Shown: piece after piece, positions 29,876 through 47,595 of the stretch
How the letters are laid out: each line of letters begins with the position of its first letter
Numbering within the stretch: the stretch's first letter is position 1
Source: the human T2T-CHM13v2.0 reference genome, Homo sapiens
Assembly: GCF_009914755.1 (NCBI RefSeq)
Contig: NC_060926.1
Direction: 5' to 3' (one strand)
DNA length: 64,000 bases
Position numbers and translations under genes: made by a program
Notes under the pieces: model-generated
What the model saw: only the letters and a program-made list of their open reading frames with translations
Databases searched by the model: none
Told to the model about the DNA's origin: nothing

Positions 29876-30928
29876 CTGGAGAAGAGAGACGGAGCACAGC
29901 CTGTCAGCTCTGGGATGGCCTTCAGGTGAGCAAAGCCTGTCAGCTCCGGGACAGGTGTCAGCCACGGCCATGAGTCAGGCCTTGCCCTGAGGCCCCTGCC
30001 TTGCCCGCTGTACTTGCCCTGTGGGCATGGATTTTGTGGTTCTCTTAGGATTTCATAGTTGCAGACAGGTATGAGTTAATGGGAGCCCCCATAACAAGTC
30101 TCCCTGAGGCTCCCGTCCCACCCTTCCGTCCATGCCCACGGTCCTCTCACCCTGAGGGGCCAAGACCACCAGCTGGACACATCCTCCCACCTCACACCTG
30201 GATCCCCTCGGACTGTGTCTGGGGGTGGGCGTTGTCAGGAAGCAGGATGGGACTAGAGAGAGGGGGGAAGGGACAGGGCTTTGCTCTTCCCCGGTCTGCC
30301 CTTCCCAAACCTGACCAGCTCAGGGACACTGATGCGCGTCCTCTCCCAATGGCCATGGCAAGAGAAGTGCCCGGGCTGGCGCGCTGTCCTCCCCATCCTG
30401 CCTCCTCACACTATGCCCCAAGCTTTCCACGGAGCCTGGTTCCAGCCAGACGTCTGTCCATTGCCGGCACCAGGGCACCCTCCACCTGCCACCAGTCTCC
30501 CTTTGCAGGGACTCCAGTGACCTCTGTAACACCCCCAGCTCTGACTGGAGATGGGACAGGGCCAGTGGTGGGCAGGTCAGTGTTTACCCACCAGCTCTGC
30601 AGGGAGGAGCTGATCTACCCCATTCATGGGTTTCCATGGCATGAGTATTCCTGCCACAGCTGGTGGGAGGTGAAGCCAGTGCACACAAGCAGCCCCAGGT
30701 GGCCCTGCACAGAGTAGGGGCTGCCCGCCCTCTGTGGGGTGGACCATGCTGAGGTTCTGGGCCTCCTAGCACGTCCTCTGTGCACAGAGAGCTGGGCTTG
30801 CCTGGTGCTTCCATAGGAGTGAAGGAGGGATGGAGGCCGGCACAGGTAGGCGGGGAGGGGCCTGGCCCTGACATCTGGGCCACCCACCTGAGTGGTCACA
30901 CGGGACTCTCGGACTTGCGTATACCTTA

Positions 30929-31093
<165 letters not shown>

Positions 31094-32888
31094 TCATTCA
31101 TTGGGCACTTCAGAGTAACAGCTTGGCTCTTGTATTAAAAGATGTTATTTCACTGAAAATAATGCCTTAAAATAAACAACATTTGAGGGGAATATTTCTG
31201 AAGAACTTTTACAGAATCTCCAATGTCCTTATTAGACTGGCGGCAGCTGACCACACGCCCCAATGGAAGACATTCCCACCACCGTGCTGTCAAATAAAAA
31301 CCGTAGTCACAAAGGCGACGTTCTCAGAGGACTGTGGGAGCAAGATTCAACCAGATGACGAGAACGTCCTGCACCTACACTTCCACCAGAACGAACGATG
31401 ATCACTCAGAATCCCCAGAGTCAAGTCTGCCTTATTTTCCGAGTAACAACACCACTGGCTTTTCTCTGGAAGCACGGGGCCCCATAACAAGGTGACCTTT
31501 CCAACCGCTGTGCCATGCACAGGGGTAGCAGAAGCCTCCTGGAAGGGTCTCCTTCCTCAAACCCTCTCTTGCATCTTGCAGGGCCGGGGGGCAGACAGGG
31601 TGACAGTGGCCGGAAATGCCTGGGCCATGAGGTGACCTTGGGAAGAGGCCACCCACAGCACAGCACCAAGCTGCAGCAGGGACCCTGCACTGCGGAGGGT
31701 CCAGCAATCTCCACGAGTGAGGGAAAAGTAAACTCGCACCTCATTAAAACCATCCTGATTTGGAGTTTTCCGTCCCTTGCATTTGAACCTAAACTGTCTG
31801 TGATGTCTGAAATGAACACAAATTATTTATCATAAATATCCCAATTCTTCTAATAAGCCTTCATAAAGCATGCTCAGCCACAGGTAAGGCTGTCTGATGA
31901 TGGCTGTGAATAACTTCAGCAAGCCACCCACTTACTCATGTCAATTAGAACATCTTCTTTGATCTCCTGTCAGCCATAAGTGTGTGGTCCCCAACCTGTG
32001 CAGCAGCAGTGTCTCACCTATGCACACATCATGCTGAAAAAGGTGGACGTCCCCTCACCGTACCATCTGCATTTCATAATGACAGCTGGACATCTAGGAC
32101 CTAACTAGCCAAACAGTTACTCACTTTGGGAAATGCCTCAGATACGGCTTCTAAATGAAAGCCATCTTTCCTGCATGCCTCATTCATTAGCAACTGGCAC
32201 TTAAGTTATCAAAGCTTAGAACTTTCTAGCTGAAACCATGGGAAAAAAAAAAAAAAAAAAGGAAGCCTCAGGAACAGTGGCACAGGGGCCAGAGAGCACT
32301 TAGGGGTGGCAGCCAGGACGGTCTGCAGAGGTTCCAGGTGACCTGCATGTCACCTCTGTGTCTGCGGCTGACCTGCTTTAATTCACAGCCAGAGAGAAGC
32401 AGTGACCACGCCGGCCTGTGTGTGCCTCTGCAGTCACCAAGATACACGAACACCTCTGCACACATGGGGTGCAGGGAAATGACCACAGACGGCACACACC
32501 CTGTGCTGTCAGCAGCTGCAAAATCACAAGGAACATCCACATTTCTCAGACCCAGCGCTGCCACCCAGGGAGCTGCCCGTTCATCCTGAGGGTGGAAGGA
32601 AGTCCAGCATTGTGGACAGAATCAGCAACATGGGAGGGCACAGGGTGTTGGTATTTGCCGACACAGGTGGGGTGGCTGGTCCCCCTCTGCCTCTGCTATG
32701 CTGTCCAGGGTCACCTGTGCACAAGGCCTGCCCTGAATGACCTTGGAGTTCACAGACCCCCCTCCCCAGTGGACCCCCCTAGGGCACCCAGGCCCCAGCA
32801 CGGACCCCAAGGGTCAGCCTGGGTATGTCTCTGCTTCTCTCCTAGTGCCAGGTGGAGCTGAGTGAACACTGCATGCTGTCCACTTGGG

Positions 32889-33690
32889 CAGCTGCTGGGG
32901 GATGTGCACCTGGTCTCTAGGCTGCGGAGGGAGGAAGACCTGCCACACGCTGTCCACTCTGACAGCTGCCAGGTGATGTACACCTAGTCTCTAGGCTGCA
33001 GAAGGAGGAAGACCTGCCACACGCTGTCCACTCTGACAGCTGCTGGGGGATGTGCACCTGGTCTCTAGGCTGCAGGGGGAGGAAGACCTGCCACACGCTG
33101 TCCACTCTGACAGCTGCCAGGCAATGTACACCTAGTCTCTAGGTTGCAGAAGGAGGAAGACCTGCCACACGCTGTCCACTCTGACAGCTGCTGGGGGATG
33201 TGCACCTGGTCTCTAGGCTGCGGAGGGAGGAAGACCTGCTGCACGCTGTCCACTCTGACAGCTGCCAGGCGATGTACACCTAGTCTCTAGGCTGCAGAAG
33301 GAGGAAGACCTGCCGCACGCTGTCCACTCTGACAGCTGCCTGGGGACTTGCACCTGGTCTCTAGGTTGTGGAGGCAGAAGGACTTGCCACACGCTGTCCA
33401 CTCTGACAGCTGCCTGGGGGATGTACACCTGGTCTCTAGGCTGCGGAGGGAGGAAGACCTGCCACACGCTGTCCACTCTGACAGCTGCCTGGGGGATGTA
33501 CACCTGGTCTCTAGGCTGCGGAGGGAGGAGGACCTGCCACACGCTGTCCACTCTGACAGCTGCCTGGGGGATGTACACCTGGTCTCTAGGCTGCGGAGGG
33601 AGGAAGACCTGCCGCACGCTGTCCACTCTGACAGCTGCCTGGGGACTTGCACCTGGTCTCAAGGCTGCAGAGGCAGGAGGACCTGCAGCT
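32889..33690. repeat. 74-75-bp minisatellite, ~11 copies, PXDN intron 21
   Basis: cagctgc..ggggatgt(g/a)cacctggtctctaggctgcggagggaggaagacctgccacacgctgtccactctga. Confidence 0.97.
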
Positions 33691-34230
33691 GCACGGGATG
33701 AGGGGGCAGGCACAGGAGTAGTCAGGGTACCTCTCCCTGTGGCTGGGGGTTACCTTGGGGCTACACTAGGAGATGATGGAAGTTTCTCCCAAACCTAAGG
33801 GCTAAGAGTCCTGTGAGTAGGAAAGGAGCTGTGCTTACAGATTAAATGTGCTGCAGACAGCCAGGACCTGCGCACCTTGGGAATCCCATCCACACCAGCG
33901 GAGTGAGCGCACTTCCTTTTATTTAGCCATAGGTCTCAATCTCCACCCCCTTACGTAAAATCCCAGAGATAACCCCCACCACAGGCACTGAAGAAAGTAG
34001 AAGTAAGTTCCTGGGATAGGAAGGAGAGGACAGAACTCATTTCCACAGAGCGCCAGAGAAGAGCCCCGTCTGAAAATCCCTGTGGTCATACCACAGACAC
34101 CAGGACTTTCTTCACACCCAGAGAGGCTGGATCAGTTGTGGAGGGCTGACCTGGAAGTGCCTCCTTACCACGCCCTGGGAGAGATGATTCAGAGTTATTC
34201 CTGAATAAGAGGCTTAAGAACAGGACTTCA

Positions 34231-34923
<693 letters not shown>

Positions 34924-34936
34924 TCATTTGACCTCA

Positions 34937-35155
<219 letters not shown>

Positions 35156-35617
35156 TCACTGGCTGCCCGTGGAACAAACTGTGGCACATTTCAGTGAGGC
35201 AACCTGGCAGCTGGTCTGCGGCTCTTACCCTCTCCTGGTCTGAGGGGCCAAGCCTCTCTCCACCTGTGCCCCAGCCCTCATGACCTCCTGGTGCTGGCCG
35301 CCCTGAGGACAGCTGGGCACACTGAGGAGGCTCACCACGCCATCTAACCACACCCTCGCGGAGTTCCCTCCACCCACAGATGGAGGCTCAGGCACTCTGC
35401 CTCGGAGATCAGAGTCTGCTGTTTCTGGGGGTCCCTCCCCGATGGCCAGATGACAATCTGCACTCTGGAGTACCTTAAAATTATGCTACACTCCCTACGT
35501 CACACTGCCAGCCCCAGTGTCAGACAAGAGGCGGCCTGACCCTGCTTCTCCTGAATGTAGCCCAAACACCTCCCTGCCTAGGAGTGGCTTCCTTCTCAAC
35601 CTGTGGTGGACTGAGAA

Positions 35618-35815
35618 GCCCTCAGTGCTATGCCTCACCTGAGCCCCGGGTGAGTGAGAGGCCCTCAGTGCCGTGTCCCTCCTGGTCCCCGGGTGAGTGA
35701 GGGGCCCTCAGTGCCGTGTCCCTCCTGGTCCCCGGGTGAGTGAGGGGCCCTCAGTGCCGTGTCCCTCCTGGTCCCCGGGTGAGTGAGGGGCCCTCAGTGC
35801 CGTGTCCCACCTGGG
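35618..35815. repeat. 43-bp minisatellite, ~4.5 copies, intron 19
   Basis: gccctcagtgccgtgtccctcctggtccccgggtgagtgaggg. Confidence 0.95.
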
Positions 35816-36695
35816 CCCTGTGGACACACTATCTAACGAAGTAATGGGGTGTTCAGTCTGTCTTGTACATCATCCCCACCCAAGAAAGCTGTGGCAGAGC
35901 ACGAAAGTGAAGGGCAAATATGGACCTTTGCAAAATGCTAATGTCTCAGGAAGCCACTGGAGTAGAAATTCTATGAGAAGAGAAGAGGCACGTGCAGCAT
36001 ACACCTCAGACCCCATGCTAGCTTTCCTGTCTCCCTTGAAGGGCGGCCGGCTCCTTCTGGTCTAGCATTTGTCTGACTGGCTGGAAAGAGTATCTTCAAG
36101 ACAGAGACCTAAAGCTCCCTCTGCCCCCACAGCGGAGCCCACAAACAGTCCCACTGAATGTGTTTATTTCCGCAGTTAACTATACAGCTTCTGAGTAAAC
36201 CCAGCTGGCTGGACCCCTCGCTTCTTCCACCCACAAATCGTCTCAGGAGCAGAGAAGAGCAGAGTTTCTTAAAACTCCTGGGCACACAAATACATCATAA
36301 AACAGCAGCTGCCTCCCAGACTACCGCAGCCCCTCCCAGCAACACCTGGGGTCAAGAATGAGCCTCACTGGCAGGTGGGGTCCACCCAGGGCTGTGCAGG
36401 TCTGGGGTGGGTCCCTGGTAGAATTACAGGGCGACAGGGAAGCAGCAGGGCCAGGACACGGTCCCAGGCACTGTGGGGTCCCTGCCAAAGCGCACACCAG
36501 CCCCAACCCCAGAACTCTTTGATGGGACCTCCGTCCCTCCAGGATGGCCGTCTCTTCCTCACACCCCAGGGCACGGCTGGGCCACACCTGCTCAGCGGCC
36601 TGGCCTGCACCTGCTCTGTGCTGCCCAGGCTGGCCAAGCCAGGAGCAGGCTGGCTTCCCAGACCTAGTGCAGACCCCACACAGCACTTGTTGTAG

Positions 36696-37055
<360 letters not shown>

Positions 37056-38904
37056 AATGTGTCTTTTTAAAAAGTTTAATTGAAAAGTAAATAGCAATTG
37101 ACATTTGGTTCTGTCAAATCTGAGTTCTGTTTTCGTATTTTTCTGCTGTATTTAGATATGGCTTTTGGGGTAAAATAAAAACAGGTAAAGCTTATCAAGT
37201 ATTCTCTAAGCTGTGTCAGCTTAAGGCCATGCCTGGTATTTTAAGAGGGAAAAGTGTCCGGAAGAAACAATGTCAGCAATTGCTTCAGCAGCTAAGCCTC
37301 TCCCACAGTGCCCTGAGAGGAGGAGGGGCTTGTAACATGCGGGGAACAAAGACTGGCTTTAAAGATGAAGTCTTTCAAAGGACTTTGGATTTTCTTAGCA
37401 AAAGAACAGAAAGCCTGGCTGTACTTCTTAATAAGCAGCTAACAGGGGCCTGGTAAAGTTATCAGAAAATGGGTTTTTGTATCATTGGCTTTTCCTAATC
37501 ATTTTCAAGAGAACAATTTTCTACAAACAGAACAAATTTTCTACCATGCTTGTAGAAAAGCATTTTGAATTGGATAAACCAGTGAGGATATAAAACAAAA
37601 ACAAAAACAAAACAAAACAATAAAACAAAAAACAGATATAAGTTTCCAACAGATGTAATAACAAGCATGTAAATAATTTGGAAAATTGGGTACCTAGCAA
37701 GCATAATTTTATTTTTTATGTGAATTCTCCTATCATATATACTTCCATGCATGTGTGTGTGGGTGGTGGGGGGTGCAGATGAGGAGGCAGATGCAGGATT
37801 AGATCACACACACCCCCCACACACCCCACAGGTACACACACTCCACACACACACCCCACAGTCGCACACAGACACACAGGCACGCACTCTCTTAGAAGAA
37901 GCTGCTAAAACACAGCTCTATTATCAGTGCAGATTTCAACGCTTACTAAATTAAATAAGCTCTTGGCCAGAACTATTACTTCAGGAAAAATGAGGTGGTG
38001 GAGAATATGTGGACAGTGTCTGTACTTTGTGTGTCTCTTCTTAAACTACCAAGTGTCCACAGACACCACAAGCTCCACAGATTGCCGGGTGAGGCCGGGA
38101 TCTGGCCCCACCTCCCGGTCACGCTCACCGCAGGTCCCCAGATCCCCCCATTGTGGTGGGCCCTGCTTCTCTCACCACAAGAGTGAGTGCTCCACAACTT
38201 GGGTTCTAAACATCCCCAGTTTGGTATTTTATGGGGATCTGATCATAGTTTGAATAAAGCCAAAATTATGTTCAAATTAGTAATGGAAATGGAGGTTAAC
38301 CAAGACTGGGAGTTAGGAATGCGAAGCAGGAACTCAGCCAGGAGAACCATCGCCTCACACAGCAGGCCACTGACGCCTCTGCAGGGAAGACGGAGCTGGC
38401 ACTCCAGGGCACGAGTGCCGGGGCTGTGGGATTGATATCAGGGCGTCCCTCAGCTACAGGGCCCCCCGCGCCAATCATGAGACCACCTCCTACCTGCAGG
38501 GCTCCTCACGAGATATTTGATAACATCTATCTTCAGTCACTTACGTTACAGATATTTACAACATTCAGATTAACTTTTAAGAAAACCTGATATATTTGAT
38601 ATGCTTCTTCCATATTTTGATTTTCGTCTTTTATCTGGCTACACAAGTACTGGAAGCTAGACATACATTAGGCTTTAAGGAAAAATTAGGGGCACATCTT
38701 GCTGAAGCCTGGGTTTCTGTTTCTCTTAGTGTTTTAGTTATTCTGAATGTTCTCCCACAGCACTGCCAATTCCTCAGAATCACCAACTTTGTTCATATTT
38801 TTGGCTCCGCAGTCCATCTCAGCATGGATACAGCACGATTTAAATCTAAAGCTGAATATTTTGTTTTCAGTTTTCAAGATTAGGATGACATCTGCAGGTC
38901 ATTA

Positions 38905-39207
<303 letters not shown>

Positions 39208-39388
39208 TCAGAGAAGGGCAGGAGACTCACAGGTCACTAGGAGCTGAGTTAAAATCTCCCCTGCTTAGTTCACAGCAATACAGAAACCACTAGGTTTGAT
39301 TAGGTGTCACTTAAAAATGGACTCACACACTGCTCACATCCCCTACCCCATAACAAAACCAAAGGCAGACAATCTGGTGTAAAAATGA

Positions 39389-39754
<366 letters not shown>

Positions 39755-40056
39755 TTAAAAAAACAAAACAAAACTGGCATGGCAGTTATTTCAGGTCTGC
39801 TGAAATAGTTTGTAATAGGTAGGGTCTGCCTTTCCACTACATTAAAGTAAAGTAATAACAGTAGACTAGAGATAAAACAAAGATCTTGCCCGAAGCCCAA
39901 ACTCCTCTAAAGTCCCACAGTGGTTTAGCTGTATGGACTGTCCAACAGGTTTACAGGAACAGAAATATTCCTATAAATGAAGGGGTGGGAAAAGCATCAT
40001 TGAACCTGGTGTGGTTGAGTTTTGAGGCTGCAAGGACATGTAAGCCCAAGGCGGTG

Positions 40057-40154
40057 CACAGAAGATACCAGGGCCTCAGTGCCTTCCTCATTCTCAACCG
40101 GGGACACACAGAAGACACTAGGGCCTCGTGCCTCCCTCAGTCTCAACCAGGACA
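40057..40154. repeat. ~49-bp tandem duplication, intron 18
   Basis: cacagaagataccagggcctcagtgcc... / cacagaagacactagggcctcgtgcc... Confidence 0.85.
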
Positions 40155-40223
40155 GCTCTTCTCCTCTGGAGTCCCTAAGAAGGTGGCTTAGGAGCGTGCT
40201 CCCCTTTCTGGTGCACGTGCTCA

Positions 40224-40385
<162 letters not shown>

Positions 40386-42499
40386 CTACCTAACAAAGCT
40401 GCACGTGGTAAAAAATACAGCAAATATAAAAACAGTTCTTTCTTTCTATCACTATTTTACATTATTTAGAATTTTACTTAACAAAGAAAATATTTACTTC
40501 TTTGCTGCATCTCTCCACAATGCTTTAAAGGATTTTCCCTACTTTCTATTATATATGTGAGACACACACACACACAAACGCATTTATTATAACAAATTTA
40601 GAAAAGCCAAGAAAACATAAGGAAGAAAATTTAAGCCACACCTTTTCCAACTATTCAGGGATAACCGCACGTAACATCATAATGTATACCCTTCCAATCT
40701 TTTTAAAATAAACATATGAACAATAAACTATATATAGCTAAATGTATATAGTTTATTGTTCATGTGTATTTTTAAAAGTATATACATTTTTAAAGAATAA
40801 CATTTGATTCTACTATATATTGAAAATATATTTGCCATAAAGAAAATATCTGCTAAGCAAAGATAGGGCAAAAAACTTAGGTTTATGTGTTCAAGAACAA
40901 ACATTTTCATCGACTTCTTCCAATTCCTTAGAAATATAGGCTTATAAGCAACATGTCACAACTTCTACTACGAATCAGCTAATCTCATCTTAGAACTCGA
41001 CTACGCAGCAGATGATGCCTGTTTCAACTGCTATTCAAAGCTCTACTCGATTTTTAACATATATATATTCTATAATTCTCACTGCCCTTTTCTACAAAAC
41101 TCAAATCAGTGACCACCAACTGAACCCTAGGATCAAGACAGATTTTGTTGCTTACTGAACAGGATGCACACAGGGCTGTGTCCTCACTGGCCATTGGTCT
41201 TACCGTAGAATAAACACAATTTTATGTAAACTAGCATTTAGTCTTTCAAAGACAAATTGTCCCTTTTTCTTCTAAGTTCAATGACATTCAGGTTGAACTT
41301 CTAGCTCTAAGATGTCCCCTGGGAGTGAAACTTGGTCGGGAGGACCCTGGCAGCATCTGGTCTGTGGCTGAGGACAGCACACTAGGGCCACCAGAAGCGT
41401 CCACACCTTTTCCCAGAGGACTCCCTCCTGCTCCGGGCAGCTCCTGCTCTGGGTGCCTGCTCTCTTCTGTCCCCCACCGCTGGGAGGGACTCACAGGGGC
41501 TGGAATAGTCACATTCCTTAGGCTCACCAGAGTCTAAAGCCTCCACCTGAATCCAAGGAGCTTCCTCCAGGGAAGAGACCTCGCAGTTCCGGAATGTCCC
41601 ACGGCTGGGGATGGGCAGCAGAGGCGAGCCCAGGCCAACGCCACGCCATCCACTCGCCGTGCGGCCGTGAAACACAAAGTAGATGAGAACTACACAATCT
41701 CTACAGTCTGCCGAAGGCAACCCCTCTGCCCTGTGAAGTCCTCCTGGCCCCATGGTCTCCGATGGTCATGCATCTTTTCTCATGTTTATGTTTCATTTCC
41801 CCTTAGTCAGCAATGGGCTGAGACAGGAAAACATAAATAAAGAGACGAGGGGCTCAGTGTGTGGGTAACATCCTTAACTTCTTTACCAGGGACCTAGCAT
41901 GCAACACAGCCGCGGTCCACCTGGCGCTGGGCTCCACATCTAGCTCTTTTGAAATGTTTTGAAATAAGTTTGGCAAAAGAGAGAATCATCTGGGAGAGTA
42001 ATCTGTGTCAGTTTGGACAAGAACAAAGGAGGATATTTAAGCACATAAAAAACACAGACAGTTCACATCAGTCCTAATTCAGCAAAACCATGATAAAAAA
42101 ATTACACTGGATTAACGGAGTGCGCACACACTTCCAAATGCCAGTAATTTAAGCGCATTATTTAAATGAATACTGGAACATATTAAATTTAATAGGACAT
42201 CATGTTCATTTAGTCATAACTTACAATAAATTACAAGTAAAAAATCACTTTCCCCTAGAAGGCACAGGTCAGATCCTAACAGGGTATGTCCTAACTTCAG
42301 CGTTAAGTAACTTAGGAGTCAACTGCAGAGTCCATCAAATACAGGAAGACAGTCTTAAGAAGAAAGGGTTTTTCTTCTTTTTAAAACAATGTTTTTGAAT
42401 GGGAATAACATCTCCTAATACACAGTGACCTGTGAATCTGATTCATAATCCAAGGACTGAGAAGAATCACAATGGGAAAACACTGATGAGCAATTATTT

Positions 42500-42800
42500 T
42501 ATTTTTATTTATTATTATTTGATTGAGATGGGGTCTCTGTCACTCAGGCTGGAGTGCAGTAGCGTGATCTCGGCTCACTGCAATATCTGCCACCCAGGTT
42601 CAAGCAATTCTCCTGCTCAGCCTCCCGAGTAGCTGGGATTACAGGCGCCTGCCACCACGCCCAGCTAATTTTTGTAGTTTTTAGTAGAGGTGGAGTTTCA
42701 CCATCTTGGCCAGGCTGGTCTTGAACTCCTGACCTCGTGATCCACTCACCTCAGCCTCCCAAAGTGCTGGGATTATAGGCATGAGCCACCGGGCCTGGCT
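42500..42800 (-). mobile_element. AluS, intron 17
   Basis: Full Alu; TSD GCAATTATTT. Confidence 0.97.
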
Positions 42801-43777
42801 GCAATTATTTCTATTTCCTTAAAATACAAAAAGCAAATAAACTGGTAGAAATAACATGAAAAAAAAGGTAGTGAGTAAAAGATGTGAATATCTAGCAAAA
42901 AGGAGAGCCGCTGAATGTCTCCACTTTGGGGAATTCTGAGTTAATGAGAACCCCACTGTGGCACCGAGTCCTGGGAAGGGGACTGGCTATGGACCCGGCA
43001 GCCCTGATCCTACCCCAGTCCTAGGCCTGGGTAGTGCTGTGGTCACTGCTTTGCCTGTAAAACTTTGCCATTTTTTCCACCCCACAGGGTCCGAGGTCTC
43101 CTAATCTACCTGGCCAGCTTCCCTTGTCTCAGGGGTGACAGCGTCCCATTTTGCCTTTGTGGCAGAACAAGGAGAACCGCACCCACAGGTGATCAAGGCT
43201 GTGGCTCAGAAGCGGCGCCATCTGTGGCGGTCATGGGCAGGTGGCCCCACAGGCCTGGGTCTGGGCAACACAGTGAGTATGGAAGATGCTACAGGCCAAG
43301 CCTTAGGGGCTGGTGGCCCCAAGGGCCCGGATCTGCAGACACCAAGCTCTGCCTCTCTCTCTGCCCCTGATACAACAGCAGGAACCCGAAGCTGCCCAAC
43401 AGCCACAGTGTCAGTTTTGGTGTTTTCTGGTGCGAACAGTGTATTTTTCCCTGCAGTCAACCCCTCTGCCAGAAAAGTATAGCTCATCTCTAAGCTGAAA
43501 ATGTGCCACAGCTCAGCAAAGCTCCTCTCTTGGAACAAAACAGGCCGGTGGAAGGGCCCTCCACCGTCCATCCACCCCTGGCTCTGCCCCCTCCCCACAA
43601 CCACGCAGCCACGGGAGGCTGCAGGTTCCCATCTTGACCTTCATGGACTTGACCTTCATCTCACCTCTGCACGACACGAACAAAACTCACACACAGAGAC
43701 AAATAACACACACACCACAGTTCAGGTGTTCCAGGTGCCTAGGTACACGAGCCATCCCACACAGCCTCTTCAGCTCA

Positions 43778-45310
<1,533 letters not shown>

Positions 45311-47029
45311 TCAATTCCCCTGGAGGATGTGTGAGGGCCCGGTACCCCTTGGCACCTCTGCCGCTGACATGGGGCTATCTACCCCCAGCTCATGAAACCT
45401 GTTGTGCGCCATGCAACAAGCGCTTCCTGCTGGAAACCTGCTCACCTCCTGTTTGGTAAAACTGCTCCTCCCCTCCTCCAGCCCCAAACACAGGTATTCT
45501 CTCCACAGCCCCAGTTTCTGGGCCCTGTCTCCCCTCCCCACTTAGCAGTCTCATGGTTTCAACCAGCAGCTCTCCTCTGGGAGACCCCTAACCGATGGAG
45601 CCCGACCCACGTTGACCAGTCCAGGCTGACACTGTTCCAACCTCACTTTAAACGCCCCGTGTAAGAGACAGTCACCACACCTCCACACGAGTGCACACCA
45701 TCGGTCTCCACAGGCTGCCAAGCAGGGCATTTCCTGACACCTGTCACTGCACATCTCGGTCCACTGAGGCTTCATGCTGTTCCCTCAACGTCCAAAAGAG
45801 TGCCACTTCCTTTCACGCTACCTCAAAATGTTCCTAGCCGCCGCGCCCTCCTCTCCATTTCTCTGGCAGAATCCTGGGACTGATTTCCATGGCACTGGCC
45901 TTCAATTCCAGAAGGGCCTCCTGCCTGGTGGAGGTCATCCACACGCCCTCCCCACAGCAAGCGCACGCTCCCATGAGCCTGGCACAGGCTCCGACTAGGT
46001 CACCTTCTTGCTCAGAGACCTTCTGTCTTTGCCCACTAGCTACAGAAGAAATTCCAAACATGGTAGCCTGGGCCATCACTCCACAGATGAAAGAGATCTT
46101 CCTAAGTTCAGATCCTAGTCTTCGCCTTCAAGACACCTGCTCCAAGCAACAGCTACTCCACGTCCTGGGGTCAGACACACTCAGATCTCTGTGTTCGCCA
46201 AAGTGCTTCCTCCACATATTCATACATCCTAGGCCTTCACCTTCCTCAACACTCCTCCTTTCCAGGCACATGTCATGCCTGCCGAAAAGCTACACACACG
46301 CACACACACATGCACGCTTAAATGTTTTCCACTCACACATGCACACACTCACATGCAAACATGCTTACAGAGCCACACTCACACTTTCACGTGTGCACAT
46401 ACTCACAGAGTTCCAAGCCATCACTGCTTCTTTTTTCTAAAGTTTCTCCAGCCCATTTCTGCTTGTCAAGATCACAGGTATCACTATGGACACCTTTAAA
46501 GAAAACAAGAGACAGCCCCTTTTCTGTGGGGGAGCGGTGTCCATAACACCCACATAAGAATGCAAAGAATTGGAAGTGAGGCATTTTCCAGGCTGGGGAG
46601 AATAAGTCAGAAACACACACCCTGGTGTGTTGGGTGGGAAAGGTCTGTGCAGGGAACATGAACCCCGGGCTCCCCTCAGCCCCTGGTTCTGTTCTGTCTG
46701 ACTTTTCCCAGAGGCTGAAACAGTGAGCTGAAACATCTGGCCCTATTTTCACAGCTACTCTTGGGAAGTCCTACAGAATTATCAATCTTGAACATCCATA
46801 GAGCCAAGAAAGCAGAGTGCCAGGAGGAAAAGCACTTCCTCCCAAATGCCTGGCTGGGCTGTGGGGCTGGTCTCCGGGCTTTCCTCCAGAATGTTCACTT
46901 TTTCCGTGGCGTTGGCCATTGGTTCAGAGGCAGACCAGACCCGCCAACCAGAGCAGGTGGCACCGACCCTGGCCCCAGTTTCCCAGGACTGGTTTGCCCA
47001 CATCTGTCCTCACCCCATGCAGAGTGGTC

Positions 47030-47595
47030 ACCCAGCCCGATGCTTGAAAATGCATCAAACCATGTTGCTTCTCTGCAGGAAACCCTAAGGTTCCCATTTC
47101 ATACACAGCCAACGACATATCCTTATATTCGCTCCCAGGCCCTTTCTGGTGGAGCACAAATCTCCTTAACTTTATCAGCCCTTCCTCACCCCCTTTCCAG
47201 CCACAGTGACCACCTGCTGTTCCACTATGCTCCAACGTGCCCCACCTCCAAGACTCTGCATGTGTGGTCCCCTCAGATGCTCCAGGGAGGCCCCCTCGCC
47301 CTTGTGGGGTCCCTGCTCACGTGTCACCTTCGCCCATGGGGAACAGCACCCCATCCCAGCCAGGGCACCACCCACCTCCCGCCTGCTGTTTCTCTCTGGG
47401 TCACTCGCTGGGGCTTCTTATGTGCAGGGGCCTCTCTCTGGTTTTCCATCTGCATTTCTCTGGAAGGTCTGATCTTTGAGGGCAGAGGTTTTTATTTCTT
47501 CCGTTTGTGACTGTAGGCCCTGGCCCAGGACAATGACTGGCATAGAGGGTGTGCCCTGACAGGCAGGTGGAACGAATAAGTGAAGAAATGAGTGC
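47030..47595 (+). mobile_element. L2 3' fragment
   Basis: Ends gactggcatagagggtg...gaacgaataagtgaagaaatga, an L2-type tail. Confidence 0.6.
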
